A stretch of DNA of 63,345 nt, counting the filler, from Rhabdomonas costata (Eukaryota), in the NCBI GenBank assembly GCA_019059605.1. It is 47 parts of 47 records of this genome, joined end to end, with 100 filler letters (N's around TTAATTAATTAA, not from the genome) between each part and the next. Parts side by side here need not be neighbours in the genome. Positions count along the whole stretch, not along the records: positions 48,616 to 49,864 come from JAHMHO010021928.1; positions 49,965 to 51,213 come from JAHMHO010021929.1; positions 51,314 to 52,561 come from JAHMHO010021930.1; positions 52,662 to 53,910 come from JAHMHO010021932.1; positions 54,011 to 55,253 come from JAHMHO010021933.1; positions 55,354 to 56,601 come from JAHMHO010021934.1; positions 56,702 to 57,948 come from JAHMHO010021935.1; positions 58,049 to 59,297 come from JAHMHO010021936.1; 39 more parts are not named here. One strand, written 5' to 3'. The notes beneath the pieces are model-generated. The model was not told the origin of the DNA, searched no databases, and saw only the letters and a list, made by a program, of their open reading frames with translations. This document shows positions 49,281-62,236 of the stretch, piece after piece. The first letter of the stretch is position 1, and every line of letters starts with the position of its first letter. Made by a program: the position numbers and the translations under genes.

Positions 49281-49718
49281 CTAGTAGAGATGGTTGCCAA
49301 TTTTGTCAAACCTTGGAGTCTGGCGAAGGTGCTTCGCTAAACGAGCGGCTTCCACAATTTCAACGCGCAGGAATCCAGCCACCATCATCCCATAGTACGT
49401 GGGATGTGCAATGGCTAAGAGCTCGGGTCTCCACCGAGTTGATGCCGGAGGGGTGTTTACGGTTCCCCCGCCACTGGTACTGACATCACTCAGCGCCCCG
49501 TGGAGCAGCACTAGTCCGGCAAACCCGCAGCTCAGGGCCCGAGGAACCAAAGCGGCGGCCCGTCTGAGCAAGGGCTCGGGAAGCAGAGTTGCCGCCCACT
49601 CCCCGCATGCGTCGTCGAAGGGCTGCGCGGCAGGGGAAAAGCCGTACGGGCCGTCGGCCTGGTGGGTATGGGCCAGGTCTGCGCTGACTACCAGGGCGAC
49701 ACGTTTGGGGTAGGGATC
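49281..49718 (-). CDS. LigB/Memo-fold (class III extradiol dioxygenase-like) protein, terminal exon
   Basis: ctcag|DPYPKRVALVVSADLAHTHQADGPYGFSPAAQPFD...ALSCGFAG...PTYYGMMVAGF. It has the RVA...S.DL.H, GPYG, CG and P.YYG motifs. Confidence 0.78.
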   Translation of the reverse strand, partial: DPYPKRVALVVSADLAHTHQADGPYGFSPAAQPFDDACGEWAATLLPEPLLRRAAALVPRALSCGFAGLVLLHGALSDVSTSGGGTVNTPPASTRWRPELLAIAHPTYYGMMVAGFLRVEIVEAARLAKHLRQTPRFDKIGNHLY

Positions 49719-50494
49719 CTGAGAAAAGCGAGAAGACCTACCAGTGACACCACATGGCTAAACAGCAGAAACACACCAACTGCTGAAATCCCGATTCTAA
49801 CACTTTCCTTCTGCTCTTCTACTAGAACCCATATAGTGTTTTTTAGACGCAGACACAACCCCACNNNNNNNNNNNNNNNNNNNNNNNNNNNNNNNNNNNN
49901 NNNNNNNNTTAATTAATTAANNNNNNNNNNNNNNNNNNNNNNNNNNNNNNNNNNNNNNNNNNNNTGTGTGGTGTGTTTGGTTGTTTTTTTATGTGTGTGT
50001 GTGTGTGGGGGGGTCAAATTCCATAATCCCTGTAGACGGTTGAAAGGAGCTTTTTGATTCGATGTTTGGTTCAGTTCACCCATTCCTTTGCAACGGATCT
50101 TGGAATTGAAGGGTAAAGCGGTGGTTGCAATTGTTGACGAATGTGAGTGAAGGTGAAGGAGAAACTTTTCGGATTATGATAGGCTCAGTTTCTCGCGAAA
50201 TCTTGTATAGCGGAGTGAGCGGGTGGGTGAGTTGGAGTGATGCGTGAACCATTGTGGACCTACTTGCAAGTATTTGCGGGGAGAGATTGGGTTTTGGTGT
50301 AGAATCACGCGATGGGGGAGGTTTGTGTTTCCGAGACGAAAGATTGGGCTTTTGGTCGAAGCTTTCTTGTTCTGTGTTGAGAAATGGGATTCACGAATTT
50401 GACCCTTGTCACCATCACGAGAACAACGAGACATTCGCTTCACGTCAATCAGCGCAGCTTTAGTTCAACACGCTCACACTTATTCGCACACCAG

Positions 50495-50679
50495 GTCTAC
50501 CTCGCCCGTTCCCACCGGGCGCCCTTGTACGGCGAGCTTCTCGCGGTGAAGGTCATTGACAAATCCTTGCTGCTGTCCAGAAACCGGGTCAAGGACACCT
50601 TTGTCGAGAGGGACGTGCTGGCCCGGCTGAGCCACCCGTTCATTGTGAAGCTTCACGCGACGTTGCAGTCGGATTCCAG
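50495..50679 (+). CDS. AGC-group Ser/Thr protein kinase, internal exon
   Basis: VYLAR...AVKVIDK...VERDVLARLSHPFIVKLHATLQS covers subdomains I-IV. Borders are ccag| and |gcatgg. Confidence 0.9.
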
Positions 50680-51960
50680 GCATGGGCGATCATGAATTCG
50701 TGATTTTTCCCTTCACCTTTGACCTTTCCTTTCACTTATTTGTTCACTCGAGTCAATGTGGAGAAGTGTGCTGCATTTTTGATGGGACGAGACCAGATAA
50801 TGGAAACGAGCAGAACCACGGGGTCCACTCAACGGCTCCTTCCGCACTGGAACCGAGGGGAGGTGTACAGGACGCTCGTCCAAGTTCAATTTTTGTCGCA
50901 AGATTTGACTCCGGAATTGGGAATTTGGCCACCCCATAGCGGATCATGAAATCTATCGGGGCAAGTACAACCGAATAATTTGTTCTCTGTTCTTCGCAGC
51001 GGGGTTCATCAATCTCAATTGCAATGGTTTTGTAATTGATGTTTCACAGCCCCACACCACACGGAGAGCGTGCGTGGCGATATGTGCCGCAGCCCAAGGT
51101 CCCGTCTGCGTGGATTTGTGGCGGGATCGGGGAACAGCAATGGCAATAGCTGGGAAGTGGCAATAGCTTAGACCGTCACGGGGGGACCCCTTCAGGAATT
51201 TAGACCAAACCATNNNNNNNNNNNNNNNNNNNNNNNNNNNNNNNNNNNNNNNNNNNNTTAATTAATTAANNNNNNNNNNNNNNNNNNNNNNNNNNNNNNN
51301 NNNNNNNNNNNNNACAAAACGGTAATGCAGCAGGGTATCAACAATCTACATAATCTACAGAGCCAGTTTGGCACCGACAATGGCACAAGCGCGCTGTGGA
51401 GAACAACGAGGTCCCGGGGGCTCGTCCGGCGGGTCCAGCGCCACCCTCCGAGCAGCCTGCCCTGAGGAGCGTCAGCCCTCGTGGAAGGTGAGAACAGAGC
51501 GGTCCGCCGAGAGCTGCGGAGACGAAGCGAAATAATCAATGCCAGTCTCATACGATATTACATCGGCTTGAATCTTAATTAAGTGCGTCCAAAATTTACA
51601 ATTCGCAAAACCCACCCTGATGCCAACCAGCAACTGCTAAACTCGGAAACTCGGGGAGCTAAATGGCCAGCACTGCCCACAACGACGATGCTCCCGATTA
51701 GTTATTGATAACTGACATCACTAAACAATTAGTGATGTCAATTATCAATAACTAATCGGGAGCAAACAACCAGGGCGATTGTCTTGAAGACATCCGCCGC
51801 ATAGGCTTGCACAGCTGCAACCCGATACGTGCGTTTCCGGAATGCAGCACAGGAGCCCTTTTCTCATTTGGTAGAGGGGATGACTCATATACGTTACCCC
51901 AAATTTTCCGCGGACCGAAATAATAGCACAAACCATGAATCACCAAAATGGCACACATGC

Positions 51961-52421
51961 CTGCCACACGGCGACGTTGCTGTACAGCTCCAGGGTGTGC
52001 CGCACACTCTCTTCGGAGAAGCCCTTCAGCCTCAGCAGCGGCTGAATCCTGTCCATCCTGTGCGAGCAGGACGGCAAGAGGAGGGGGGGTGCAAGCCTTT
52101 GCGAATGGGGAAATTTGTCTGCGGCTCCTTCCCTGCGTGACAAACTAAGCTAATGAGGAGGGCGGATCTGAGTGAGCATTCACGGATACCCCACCACCCG
52201 TCTTAGAAGTTTTATCAGCCGCAGGACCCTCACCGGGCTTCGGAAGGAGAGTCTGCCTCTGAGTGGTCCGCTCAACTCACACCGACAGACCGAGCAGCCC
52301 ACCACCTGACTCACCGCCCACAGGCCCACCCCATGACACTCACCGCACGGTCCGCCCGCCGCTCTTGCTGGCCTCTTCCTTGATCAGCTCGTAGATCTGG
52401 AAGGGGATGCGGTCCTGCCGG
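51961..52421 (-). CDS. MCM7: MCM7 C-terminal winged-helix region, two exons (52421-52344, 52057-51961)
   Basis: QIYELIKEEASKSGGRTVR|MDRIQPLLRLKGFSEESVRHTLELYSNVAVWQ resembles the MCM7 tail (GF.......L..Y....VWQ). Confidence 0.68.
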
Positions 52422-54516
52422 CTGTGCAGAAAGGAATCCGCGCACATGTGCTGGCGCTGTGCGTAGCTGTGTGACAGGATGGATCGGTACAGCCGGAACC
52501 CCCCCTCCATTCCGAACAACAAAACGAAAAGAAAGCACAGTCAGACGAAAGCATGTGAGATNNNNNNNNNNNNNNNNNNNNNNNNNNNNNNNNNNNNNNN
52601 NNNNNTTAATTAATTAANNNNNNNNNNNNNNNNNNNNNNNNNNNNNNNNNNNNNNNNNNNNGTGTGTGGGGGGCGGCAACCGTGTGGCGGCTCTCTCAGT
52701 GGCCACAAAACGATGGCCTGGGGTGAACAGGCCAGAAAAGGCCTCTGAACCGTGAAGGCCAGAATGGCAGTAATGTTAAAGTAGCAGACATTCTTTTTCC
52801 CGCATTGGTGTGTTTTTCCCGTCCACTAGACAGCAGATTTCTCAATGATGTCCTGTGTTCAGCAGGAAGAAAAAAACAATGCTCTTCTCCTCAAAGAAAT
52901 GTGAAAAGCACCCCTCTGTATCCGTGGGTTTTTGAAGGATCACAAAAGTCAAGGCCAAGTTTTGTCTCTACCCCGTTGGTGTTCACAGTTATCAGTCATT
53001 ATCTTATTTATTCTTCAAACGGACTCAGTCGGTATGCCAGTGGATGCACATGTGGCTGTGGCCTCCGATTGCCTTGCCGTCGTATGCAATCGTAGCTTTG
53101 TCATGGAATGCTAAGTGTCCTGGTTGGTTCTGCTGCCTTCAGAGCCCGCGCTGTTCCCGCCCGCCCGCCGGGGCAATGCCCATCGCCTCACTGCAGCCCA
53201 AGCTCACAGCGCGTCCCCACTGCGGCCGAAGTCCGGCAACCCCTATCTACTTTAGCCCGAACCACCTGCATCCACACTCACTGACACAAACACTGTCTTT
53301 CCTGTCATTCATACATACCACGCATTGGTTCTGCGCTTTCTCTGTTTTTCGGGCGGTTTTCCGGATTGGCCCCATATCACCCCCCACCCCTTGCGCGTCA
53401 CCCCCTGCCCAGTGCCGCGGAGAACTGAATGTAGTGGGGGGGGGGATAGCGATTGCCATAAACTATTTTATTTAACTACAAGCGCTCTTTTTGAAACAGA
53501 ATTGATAAACTGTGCCCGTGCACTTCAATGTGTTTCCTTGTTAAGAGGTTCTGAGTGACTCTAAAATACCGCTGCAAAGGCCAGCCCATTGTTGGGAGAC
53601 GGCCCTCAAAATCAACTCCTGAAGAAATTGGGTGAGTTGCTATCCTGCTGAATACGAAGATCTCGAGGGTGGTTAGAGCTGTCAAATCGGACCCGCGCTC
53701 AGCTTTTTTAAGGGTACGGGGAAGGTGTATCCCTCAACGAACCCCATGAGACCAGCATTAAGGTCACATTTTGGATTCCATAACAGATGTCGCGGGGTGC
53801 CTCCGTGCATACATGCGGCATCCTATGGTTGATTAGCTGTTCGAACCCCGGTTGATGTGCCTCTGTGAAAGATCGATACGGTTATATGGGGGTAACGTCA
53901 CCCCCCACCCNNNNNNNNNNNNNNNNNNNNNNNNNNNNNNNNNNNNNNNNNNNNTTAATTAATTAANNNNNNNNNNNNNNNNNNNNNNNNNNNNNNNNNN
54001 NNNNNNNNNNTTGTGTGGTGAAGAAGAGATGGAGTATGATGGGACGGAGGGGTAGGGAAATTTGAGTCCTCTGACCAGAAAAGCAGGGGGGGGGGAAGCA
54101 TCGGTAGCGATTCTTTTCAAGGCCGATTCATACCGTTATAATACGGCATCACAGGCCCTTTTTCTTATGGCCACGCTGGCCACCTCCCACTCTGTCCCAA
54201 AGCCCAGTGACTGACTTGTCATGAGCCAGCAGGGAAGCAGGACACGGGCATCCCAGTGAACAAGCTGAATTCTGTACACCGTTAGTCCGCGAGTTTGGGG
54301 GTGCCTTTCCGCGGTACTCACAGACACTTTTCCAAGAAAGCTCTTCCACCACTGAAGCCAGAGGCCCACACGGCCCAAGCCAAAGGTACGCGGGGGGAAG
54401 TTGCACAGGTTTGCCCCGTGGTCTCAAGCTTAGTTCAGCAGGGACATCAGGTCAAGTGGAGGGCGAGAGAGGTCGAAGGAGTCCAGCACGCCCTGTGGGG
54501 AGGAGCCCGCAGAAGG

Positions 54517-54575
54517 GGAAGGAAAGGGAAGGGAAGGGAAGGGAAGGGTAGAGAAGGGAACGGAAGGGTAGGGTA
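54517..54575 (+). repeat. (GGAAG)n purine pentamer repeat
   Basis: Imperfect tandem gggaa units. Confidence 0.8.
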
Positions 54576-55614
54576 GGGAGGAAAGCGGTGGCCAATCGAG
54601 CCTGTAGAGTCCATCGGCTCAGAGCTGCCCCCGGAATTCTGGGGTTTTTGCGAACGTGACGGGGGGGGATATTCCAAGACGTATTGTTTACGATTAATCT
54701 CAGGACGTCGAGAACCACAAACCCTGCCGTCTTGAAAAGACTTTCAGCACCCAGAAAATTCCAAACCACAACATCATTCGTTGCAAATAGCACTAAACCG
54801 CTTGACTTGAGACGAAATTCCTATGAATCAGCGTAGAAATCCCAGCGGTTGGGTCTGGGTGAAATACAATAAAAAATGTGACATGTTCTATTGCTGTGAC
54901 ACAGCTAAACTCATCTGGGGATATCAGGCAAGCACTGATCAAAACGCAAGTCAGGTTCGCAACCCCCTGTGACAACTCCATACATCACCCACGCTCCGCA
55001 TCCAATCCACATAAACTCCGTTCGCGAACGTACATTGTAGTGGGTCTGCACGAGGAAAAAGAAGATCGCCAGAGCTTGGAAAAGAGTGTCTCGGCCCTGT
55101 GAATGTGGGACCCCCCCCTCTCTTCTGCCGCGTTCAGCCGAAATGCATAATGGGAGCCACGCCAATCGAACTGGAAAAAAGTCACCGCCGTGATGTGTCT
55201 TCCAATAATGCACTTTTGGGGGGGGTGGACGGAAGAAAAAAAAACAAAACAAANNNNNNNNNNNNNNNNNNNNNNNNNNNNNNNNNNNNNNNNNNNNTTA
55301 ATTAATTAANNNNNNNNNNNNNNNNNNNNNNNNNNNNNNNNNNNNNNNNNNNNATGCGAAGCATCCCACAAAAAGTCGACCTTCTCCCCACAAACGCAGG
55401 AAATCTGACGACGAGCGTGCAAGGCTGGCGGTGATGGTGCCTTGCTGATGATGACCCAACCACTCCGCCAGCGTGGAAACGCCATTCACTCCAGTAAGGC
55501 ATCATTTAGCTACTCAGCTCAGAGTTCACCCCCTTCACCCTCAGTTACACACACACAAACTCTCTCTCTCTGCTTCCTCACTTTTCATATCAGCGTTGGC
55601 TTCGTGTGTGGAAG

Positions 55615-56254
55615 GTGTGTGGAAGTGAAGCTGGTCGATGCGGATGTCTTCACGTTGCAGGACAAGCCCCATCCCAGGTGCGGCATAACGTGCCAGCGTT
55701 TCGCGCATCACAATCAATTTCGTTGAATAAATCCACAAACCCACAAGCTAAATATGTTTACATGAGTACAAGGACGGCTGTGACCAGTGCGCAAGACTGC
55801 GGTCCTGCTCAATGAGATATCTGGAGGGTAATACGTTTGCTTTGTGGAAAGTCAATTTGTTTCGGAAATTTTCCTTCGTTTCGTTCGGCCGAGCCCCTGG
55901 CATACATGCGCCTTCCTAAGCAATAATTCACTGAGGAGATTGGAATTTTCAAGAGGAGGTATACTGTGCAAAAGTCGATTTGAGAAGGGTTCTTTTTCGA
56001 AATCAAAACACGGTACTGTTTGACGGGAAATGTGTGGTTAAGGAGGCGGACGACCATATTTCGAACGGCAGCAGATTCACGCACCAAATGGTAATTGTCA
56101 AGACATAGTGGAACTTGGTATGTTCTCCATGCACTCCTGTTCTCCTTTTTTTTTCGCTCGCGGAGTTCGCAGGGGTGAGATCTGCATCCGGGGCCCCTCG
56201 GTGTGCATGGGGTACTACACGCAGCCCGAGAAAACCCAAGAGACCATTGACGCG
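55615..56254 (+). CDS. Long-chain acyl-CoA synthetase, two exons (55615-55677, 56173-56254)
   Basis: CVEVKLVDADVFTLQDKPHPR|GEICIRGPSVCMGYYTQPEKTQETIDA, joined by a phase-2 GT-AG intron. Confidence 0.9.
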
Positions 56255-56907
56255 GTGAGGCCATCGACCGTCTTGCGTCGCCTTTGTGGAATGCTGAGTA
56301 ACCATCGCGTAGACAGGAAGCATTTTTTTGCGGAGTATTTCACCGAATAAGTGAACGTGGCTCGATGCTGGCACCCCGGTCGCTGCCGCTGCATGAGCCC
56401 TCTGACCACCACGCTCCTTACCCTTCCCGCAACTGGCGTCACCAGGATGAATGGACGTGTGATGCCTGGAATAGCTGGCAGTTCTCCGTGGCTGGCAAGT
56501 GGCGGAAGCTTGCCATCCGCAGACGAGTGCGGGGCCGGGCCTTCTAGTTCGGAGAAATCTGGTTAGTAGTGGCCGGTCTCGGCCAAGACAAACAACCAAC
56601 ANNNNNNNNNNNNNNNNNNNNNNNNNNNNNNNNNNNNNNNNNNNNTTAATTAATTAANNNNNNNNNNNNNNNNNNNNNNNNNNNNNNNNNNNNNNNNNNN
56701 NCATCTTTGTTCTTTGTACGGAGTATTTCGGGGGGGGGGGTTGTATGACATTCAAATGAATTGTTTTATCTGCACACTAGTGGTTACAGAGAACAACGTT
56801 TTAACAAGCCGTGGTGTTTCTTGCTTTTTTGGGGATCGTTTCGTCAATATGCTCTCTGACCACCTTCTGGACCGCCCCCCATCCTCCACCCTCGCACGCT
56901 TCGAAAG

Positions 56908-57526
56908 ATCCCCTCCTACGGCACGGGATGTTTGCCATGAGACACGGCTCCACCACGGTGATCTTCAAGTGGTTCCCGTACGTGGAGTACATGTCTCGCT
57001 GGACACACCTGGAGTGGTGCGCGCCTTCTATTGCCCGCGTTTTTTTTGAAAACGCTGTTGACAATGTCCTTGCTGACCTTATGCTTGTCAATACAGATGT
57101 CCGTTTTTTGATTGCTTGCGGTTTGCTCTGCGATTGCTGTAATTTCGCCGAAATGGCAGTTTGGATGCTGTCGCCACTAGAGTACATGTCGGCGTCTGAA
57201 AATATCTCATCGCCGCTCCTTTTGCTGTTTTGCCGAAGAGTCGAAGTTTCGAAACATATTCTTTGCAGTGAGCAGTGGACAACCCTTCTGCTCTCTCTCT
57301 TTCTCCCTCGCTGCTTGTGTGCGGCAGGTTCCTCAACAGCACGGACGTGCTGATCCTGAACGCGGGTATCCACCTGCTCTCCGGGGGCCGCAAGCTGGCC
57401 CTGCCCCAGGACCTCCGCTATGCCTCGGACCTGGGCGCGGCGGTTCGCAACCACAGCGGCAGGGCGTGGTCCCCTCGCCGGCAGTTTCCTCTGGTGCTGT
57501 GGAGGGAAACCACGTTCAGTGCCCAG
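56908..57526 (+). CDS. PC-esterase/SGNH-like protein, two exons (56908-57016, 57328-57526)
   Basis: ...TTVIFKWFPYV...W|FLNSTDVLILNAGIH...LVLWRETTF carries the DV.I.N.G.H and WR.T motifs. Confidence 0.62.
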
Positions 57527-60199
57527 GTCTCCACCACCTCCGGAATAGCGCAGGGGGCCGGAAGTTGGCTTTCCTTTCTGAAGATGTCGTTGGTATATTT
57601 GGTTTGAAAATGGCGCGTAGCAGTTTTGACCTCTTGCAGCTTTCCAGGTATTTACACCTGTCCCCCACCCCTCACCTGCTTTTTTCTTGTATCCCATGTA
57701 CCCCCCTTGGATGTTGCATGCGCCTCCGCCAGTCGAGGCCGGACAGCAAAAACAGAACAACGGCAAGAGAGAGGGAATCTTTCTGCGAATTCGGTATGAG
57801 GTCGACACCTGACCTTTTATCTCGATACAGGTTTAGCCTACGCACAAGCAGGCAAGCTTAGCACGCACACGCTATGCCGAAGACATTGTTTTGGTGCAGG
57901 TCTTTTCTCCCTCCAGCGGGCTGTCGTGCACATAAACAAACCAAAACANNNNNNNNNNNNNNNNNNNNNNNNNNNNNNNNNNNNNNNNNNNNTTAATTAA
58001 TTAANNNNNNNNNNNNNNNNNNNNNNNNNNNNNNNNNNNNNNNNNNNNTGTGGGTGGTGTGGGTCTTTCTCGCCAATTTTTCAAAGTAGTGGACTGGTAA
58101 AGAGTGCTTGGAATTGGAACTGGAACAAATTAGAGCAAACGTCGTCGGCTCGGAAGTTTGTCATACCCCCTCCTTCCATACACGCCCCCTGAAGCGCTTT
58201 ACTTTTATCGAAGCGTTCTCGCCAAATTATCGCTGACGACCAAGCCTACAAGTACGTGTTTGGTGCTCCGCTTCGGTGGCACCCGGATGAGCAACCACAG
58301 AAAACGCATGGCATTCGACCGAATGACGTGGGATACACTGGAAATGGGCGGCAGCCCTGCGCAGATCATTCGCAAAGAATGCACTGTATGATCCCTAACT
58401 CCTCCTAGGTCATGTTTTGCTACTACAGTGCGCGCATGCCTATGCTGGCGGAGAATCTGGCAAGTGGTTGTAATTTGGTGCCCCCCCCCCTCGCTGTGGG
58501 CTTTGTTCCTCTGCTGAGACGCTTCAGTGGCCTTTTTGCTCCCACGACATCCTGCCGTCCATCTCCATCACGTTCATGCCCCAAAAACCCTGCTGATGAA
58601 TTCCTCTGTGAGTCGTAGCGACGTCCGGATGACGGCATAGAAGCGGCTGCAAATTTCGGGGGGTGGCTCGGAAACTTTGCATGGACACGAATGCACACAC
58701 ACACACCTTCACACATACCAGAAGGTGAGAGAGCTGGCTGAGATATGGCCGGACGAGTAGGACAGAATAAGTTTTGGTGCGAAGGCCTGAGTGGGTGTCT
58801 GGGGCGGGGACGTGACTTGGGGGACCTTTACCCACTCACTCCCATAGACAAAATTGTTACCACTGTAGTCGTTACCCCCACCCACTCCATTGCACCTGAT
58901 GGACTGCAGCGAATCAGGCCCGCACTGCTTTTCTTGGAGGGCACATGCGCCGCAATAGTTTTCCCCATACAATTGCAATTACACATACTCTTGAGACTCA
59001 GAGCGGTCTGGAGTTATCATAGCAAGCACCGTACGGGGCGAGGTTAAGGAATGTGCGGTGCAGTAGAGATGATGCACGTCTCACCTTGGCGGGGAAATAC
59101 AGCTCCGTTTTTGCGTTTGTTTCCTCTTGATTTTCCTTCTCTTGTTTGTCACTTTTCTTTGGCTTCCGCTTCTTCGTCCGAAATGGCCACCCACGCCGGC
59201 CCCTACACCCGCCGCCGTCCCGCCCCGCTTCTTTTTCCTTGGGGTGGCGCTTCTCGCGTCGCTCCGCTTGCCACCAACCCCCAAACACACCCACCACNNN
59301 NNNNNNNNNNNNNNNNNNNNNNNNNNNNNNNNNNNNNNNNNTTAATTAATTAANNNNNNNNNNNNNNNNNNNNNNNNNNNNNNNNNNNNNNNNNNNNGTT
59401 GGGTGTGCTGAGCGCGCGGCTCTCTAGTCCACCAGCTGTTCAGCAAGCTCACCCCTTCTTACCCGCAGACTCCCCTGTCACGCTAGCGGTGCCGGGCTAT
59501 GGAGGGTTCGGGAGGCAACTGACTATCAACGCGAGCGAGTGCACCAGATCCCAGCAAAGCAGACTCCGAGCTTATCTGCACATCCGCTGCTTGTGTGAGA
59601 ACAAGGGCAAAGGACAGTCACCAGTCTCCAGAGCAGTCCAGACGGCAGTGTCAGCAAGCGCATGACTGTGTTTGGCTGAAGGGTTCCCTATTTTCTCGCA
59701 TGCGCCTGCGTGAGATGTTCGAACACCCACCCACTTACTCCACATACCGAATACAAGTTAGAGGAAGCAGAAGCAGCTAAAAAGATATAGATCCAATAAG
59801 CGCACAACAAGGAAGAAAAGGAGGGCACGCGGAACAAACCCATTCCCCGAGTCTCTTCGCCTCCGTTTTCTGAAGGAAACAAACAGAATGGGCACAATTA
59901 AGCAGCAACCGAGAACCAGCCAAGCTTTTTATTTTGCCAGCGTGAGCATCTCTGATAAAACCTTTTGGGAATGCATATTTCCTCCGAGCTGCATGTAATT
60001 TCGGTCAGAACCCCTGGAGTCGCAGTCACGTATTGCAGCATGCATCTAGTATTTTAGTATTCGAGTCTCCATCAAAGAAGACTGTGGACGGGCACCACCC
60101 CACCGCATTGCAAGATTGCAAGATCGGAGGGGGAATGGCCTTCCATGAGTCCCCATGAGGCGGTGAAGTGAAGGCGCAAAAAAAATGTGTGTGTCCGAC

Positions 60200-60646
60200 C
60201 TGTTTCGTGACAACCCCGTTGAGCGCGGTGAAGATGTTGTTGATGGTGATGTAGGTGTACCCCAGCAGGTCAAAGGTGAGGTCATGCGCCGCAGCGATGA
60301 AGGAGCCCACAATCATCATCGCTACGGAGAGCTGATGTGAAGCAGAAGCAGAAGCAGAAGAGCGAATGAGCATCGAGAGCAAGGAAACATGACTGGGCAC
60401 ACGGATGAAACAGGACACTGCTTAAAACACGACTTGGAGATGGAGGGTGGAACGACGAGACCTGCCGTCGCTGGGAAAAAGCCCGACCAACAACAGCGCA
60501 CGATGCGGCTGAGGATGACGCCCGTGTGGTGCTCTGAGCCTGCTGCTCTTCACTACACACATGGTTGTGCAGAGGCACCTGCACCCCGCGGCTTGAGGTC
60601 TTGCGCAGCATCACCCCCTCCAGCACCATGGTAAACAAGATGCTGA
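60200..60646 (-). CDS. SLC35D-type nucleotide-sugar transporter, two exons (60646-60579, 60331-60200)
   Basis: SILFTMVLEGVMLRKTSSRGVQ|LSVAMMIVGSFIAAAHDLTFDLLGYTYITINNIFTALNGVVTKQ. Confidence 0.9.
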
Positions 60647-60746
60647 NNNNNNNNNNNNNNNNNNNNNNNNNNNNNNNNNNNNNNNNNNNNTTAATTAATT
60701 AANNNNNNNNNNNNNNNNNNNNNNNNNNNNNNNNNNNNNNNNNNNN

Positions 60747-61318
60747 GAGGAGAGCCACCGAGTGGCCACGGCGACCCCCACGGCGGTGTGGGGGTCCAGG
60801 ACGTAGCCCTCGGAGGCGAAGGTGGAGGAGATCGTCGCCATCGTCTGCGCCGTGTTGGCGCTGTCGGCGACGAATTCAGGGTCCACCGACTACAGAGGGA
60901 GGGAGGCAGAAGAAGGCAGAAGGGAGGGAGGGAGAGCGCAACTGCAAAGGAGAATTGCTGAGGGCTGCTTCAGGATGGGTGTCGGTGTGCTCGAGGCAGA
61001 CTCGCGATGTAGAAACATATCGCCCTTGCCATCTCAAAACTGGGAGGCATTAAAGTACAGGAAAGATCACCCGCACAACTGGAAAATATCGGTATACCCC
61101 TCACCTGAACCTGACCTGCTAATGTGGTTAACCAAATGTCTGTAAGACTCTTTGGCACGAGCAATATATGCACTCCGGGACGATCGTGTCGATGGCGCCC
61201 CTTGCACAAAGACGAGCTCATAGAGAGAACCTGTTTGCCGTCAAGGGGAACGGAGATGCAGCCCTTCGCCGAGAACTCCGCCATCGCCTCCCTCACTTTC
61301 GCCGCGTCACAGTTGAAC
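60747..61318 (-). CDS. Threonine synthase, two exons (61318-61231, 60889-60747)
   Basis: FNCDAAKVREAMAEFSAKGCISVPLDGKQ|SVDPEF...GYVLDPHTAVGV carries the DPHTAVG motif. Confidence 0.85.
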
Positions 61319-62205
61319 CTGAATTTCGTGCAGAAAGCTGTGCACCCACGAATTCCACACGTTTTCGTGTCAGCCCCACGGCAGCATAAAAAGGCAAAAG
61401 AGCAAGAAACGAATACACACAACTCTCCAGTTCGGTGGAGGGAGTTCAGCCCCCCTGGGTACGACCCAGTTGGAGCGTCTTCTCGATCATAGATTCCCGT
61501 CGGGCAAGTACAGATATGCCATTATGTGCTGGTGTCCGTGGAGGAAACGCTACCTGTAGAAGAGGTACCGCTCAAAGTTGCTCGCGATCTGAATGTCCAT
61601 GGATGGGCTAATCGTCAGCGCAACCTGTCAGCGGGCGTGCGTGCGGCGAGAGAATGCCTGCATCGCCACAACACCATACGCTGTAGGTAGCGTAAAGTGG
61701 AAGCGTCGGGTACGGCTGCAAGGAGAGGACCTGCTGCAGCGTTCAGTTGTGAAAGAGCCAACTCGTGCAAGACGACATGGTGAACATAGCTATGTACCCA
61801 GCACATGCATAAAGGTACACATTCAGGTCACCCCATTCTCCTCACCGAAACCTCCTCACAAACATCACCTCAAGGCGGGAGCCACAAAAATACTTACATC
61901 ATTCTTCCAATGCCATTTGTGCCTTAATCCTTTTTAATGCTTGCCATTCAACCGATGGGAATAGTCTCGCATTGTATTGTAATAACCCCCCCACANNNNN
62001 NNNNNNNNNNNNNNNNNNNNNNNNNNNNNNNNNNNNNNNTTAATTAATTAANNNNNNNNNNNNNNNNNNNNNNNNNNNNNNNNNNNNNNNNNNNNGGGTT
62101 TGTGGCGTTAGTCGCATTCCAGGGGAGACGCAATGTCAATAGGATCATGTGTATGTAGATGTACAGCTTTCGACTGAACTGTTTGTTTTCCCCGTTCTTT
62201 GAAGC

Positions 62206-62236
<31 letters not shown>

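Noticed and set aside
58709..59010. Cys/Gly-rich lectin- or fibrinogen-like exon on the minus strand
   Set aside because: An in-frame TAA lies between the candidate acceptor and the Cys-rich part, and no family motif was recognised with confidence.
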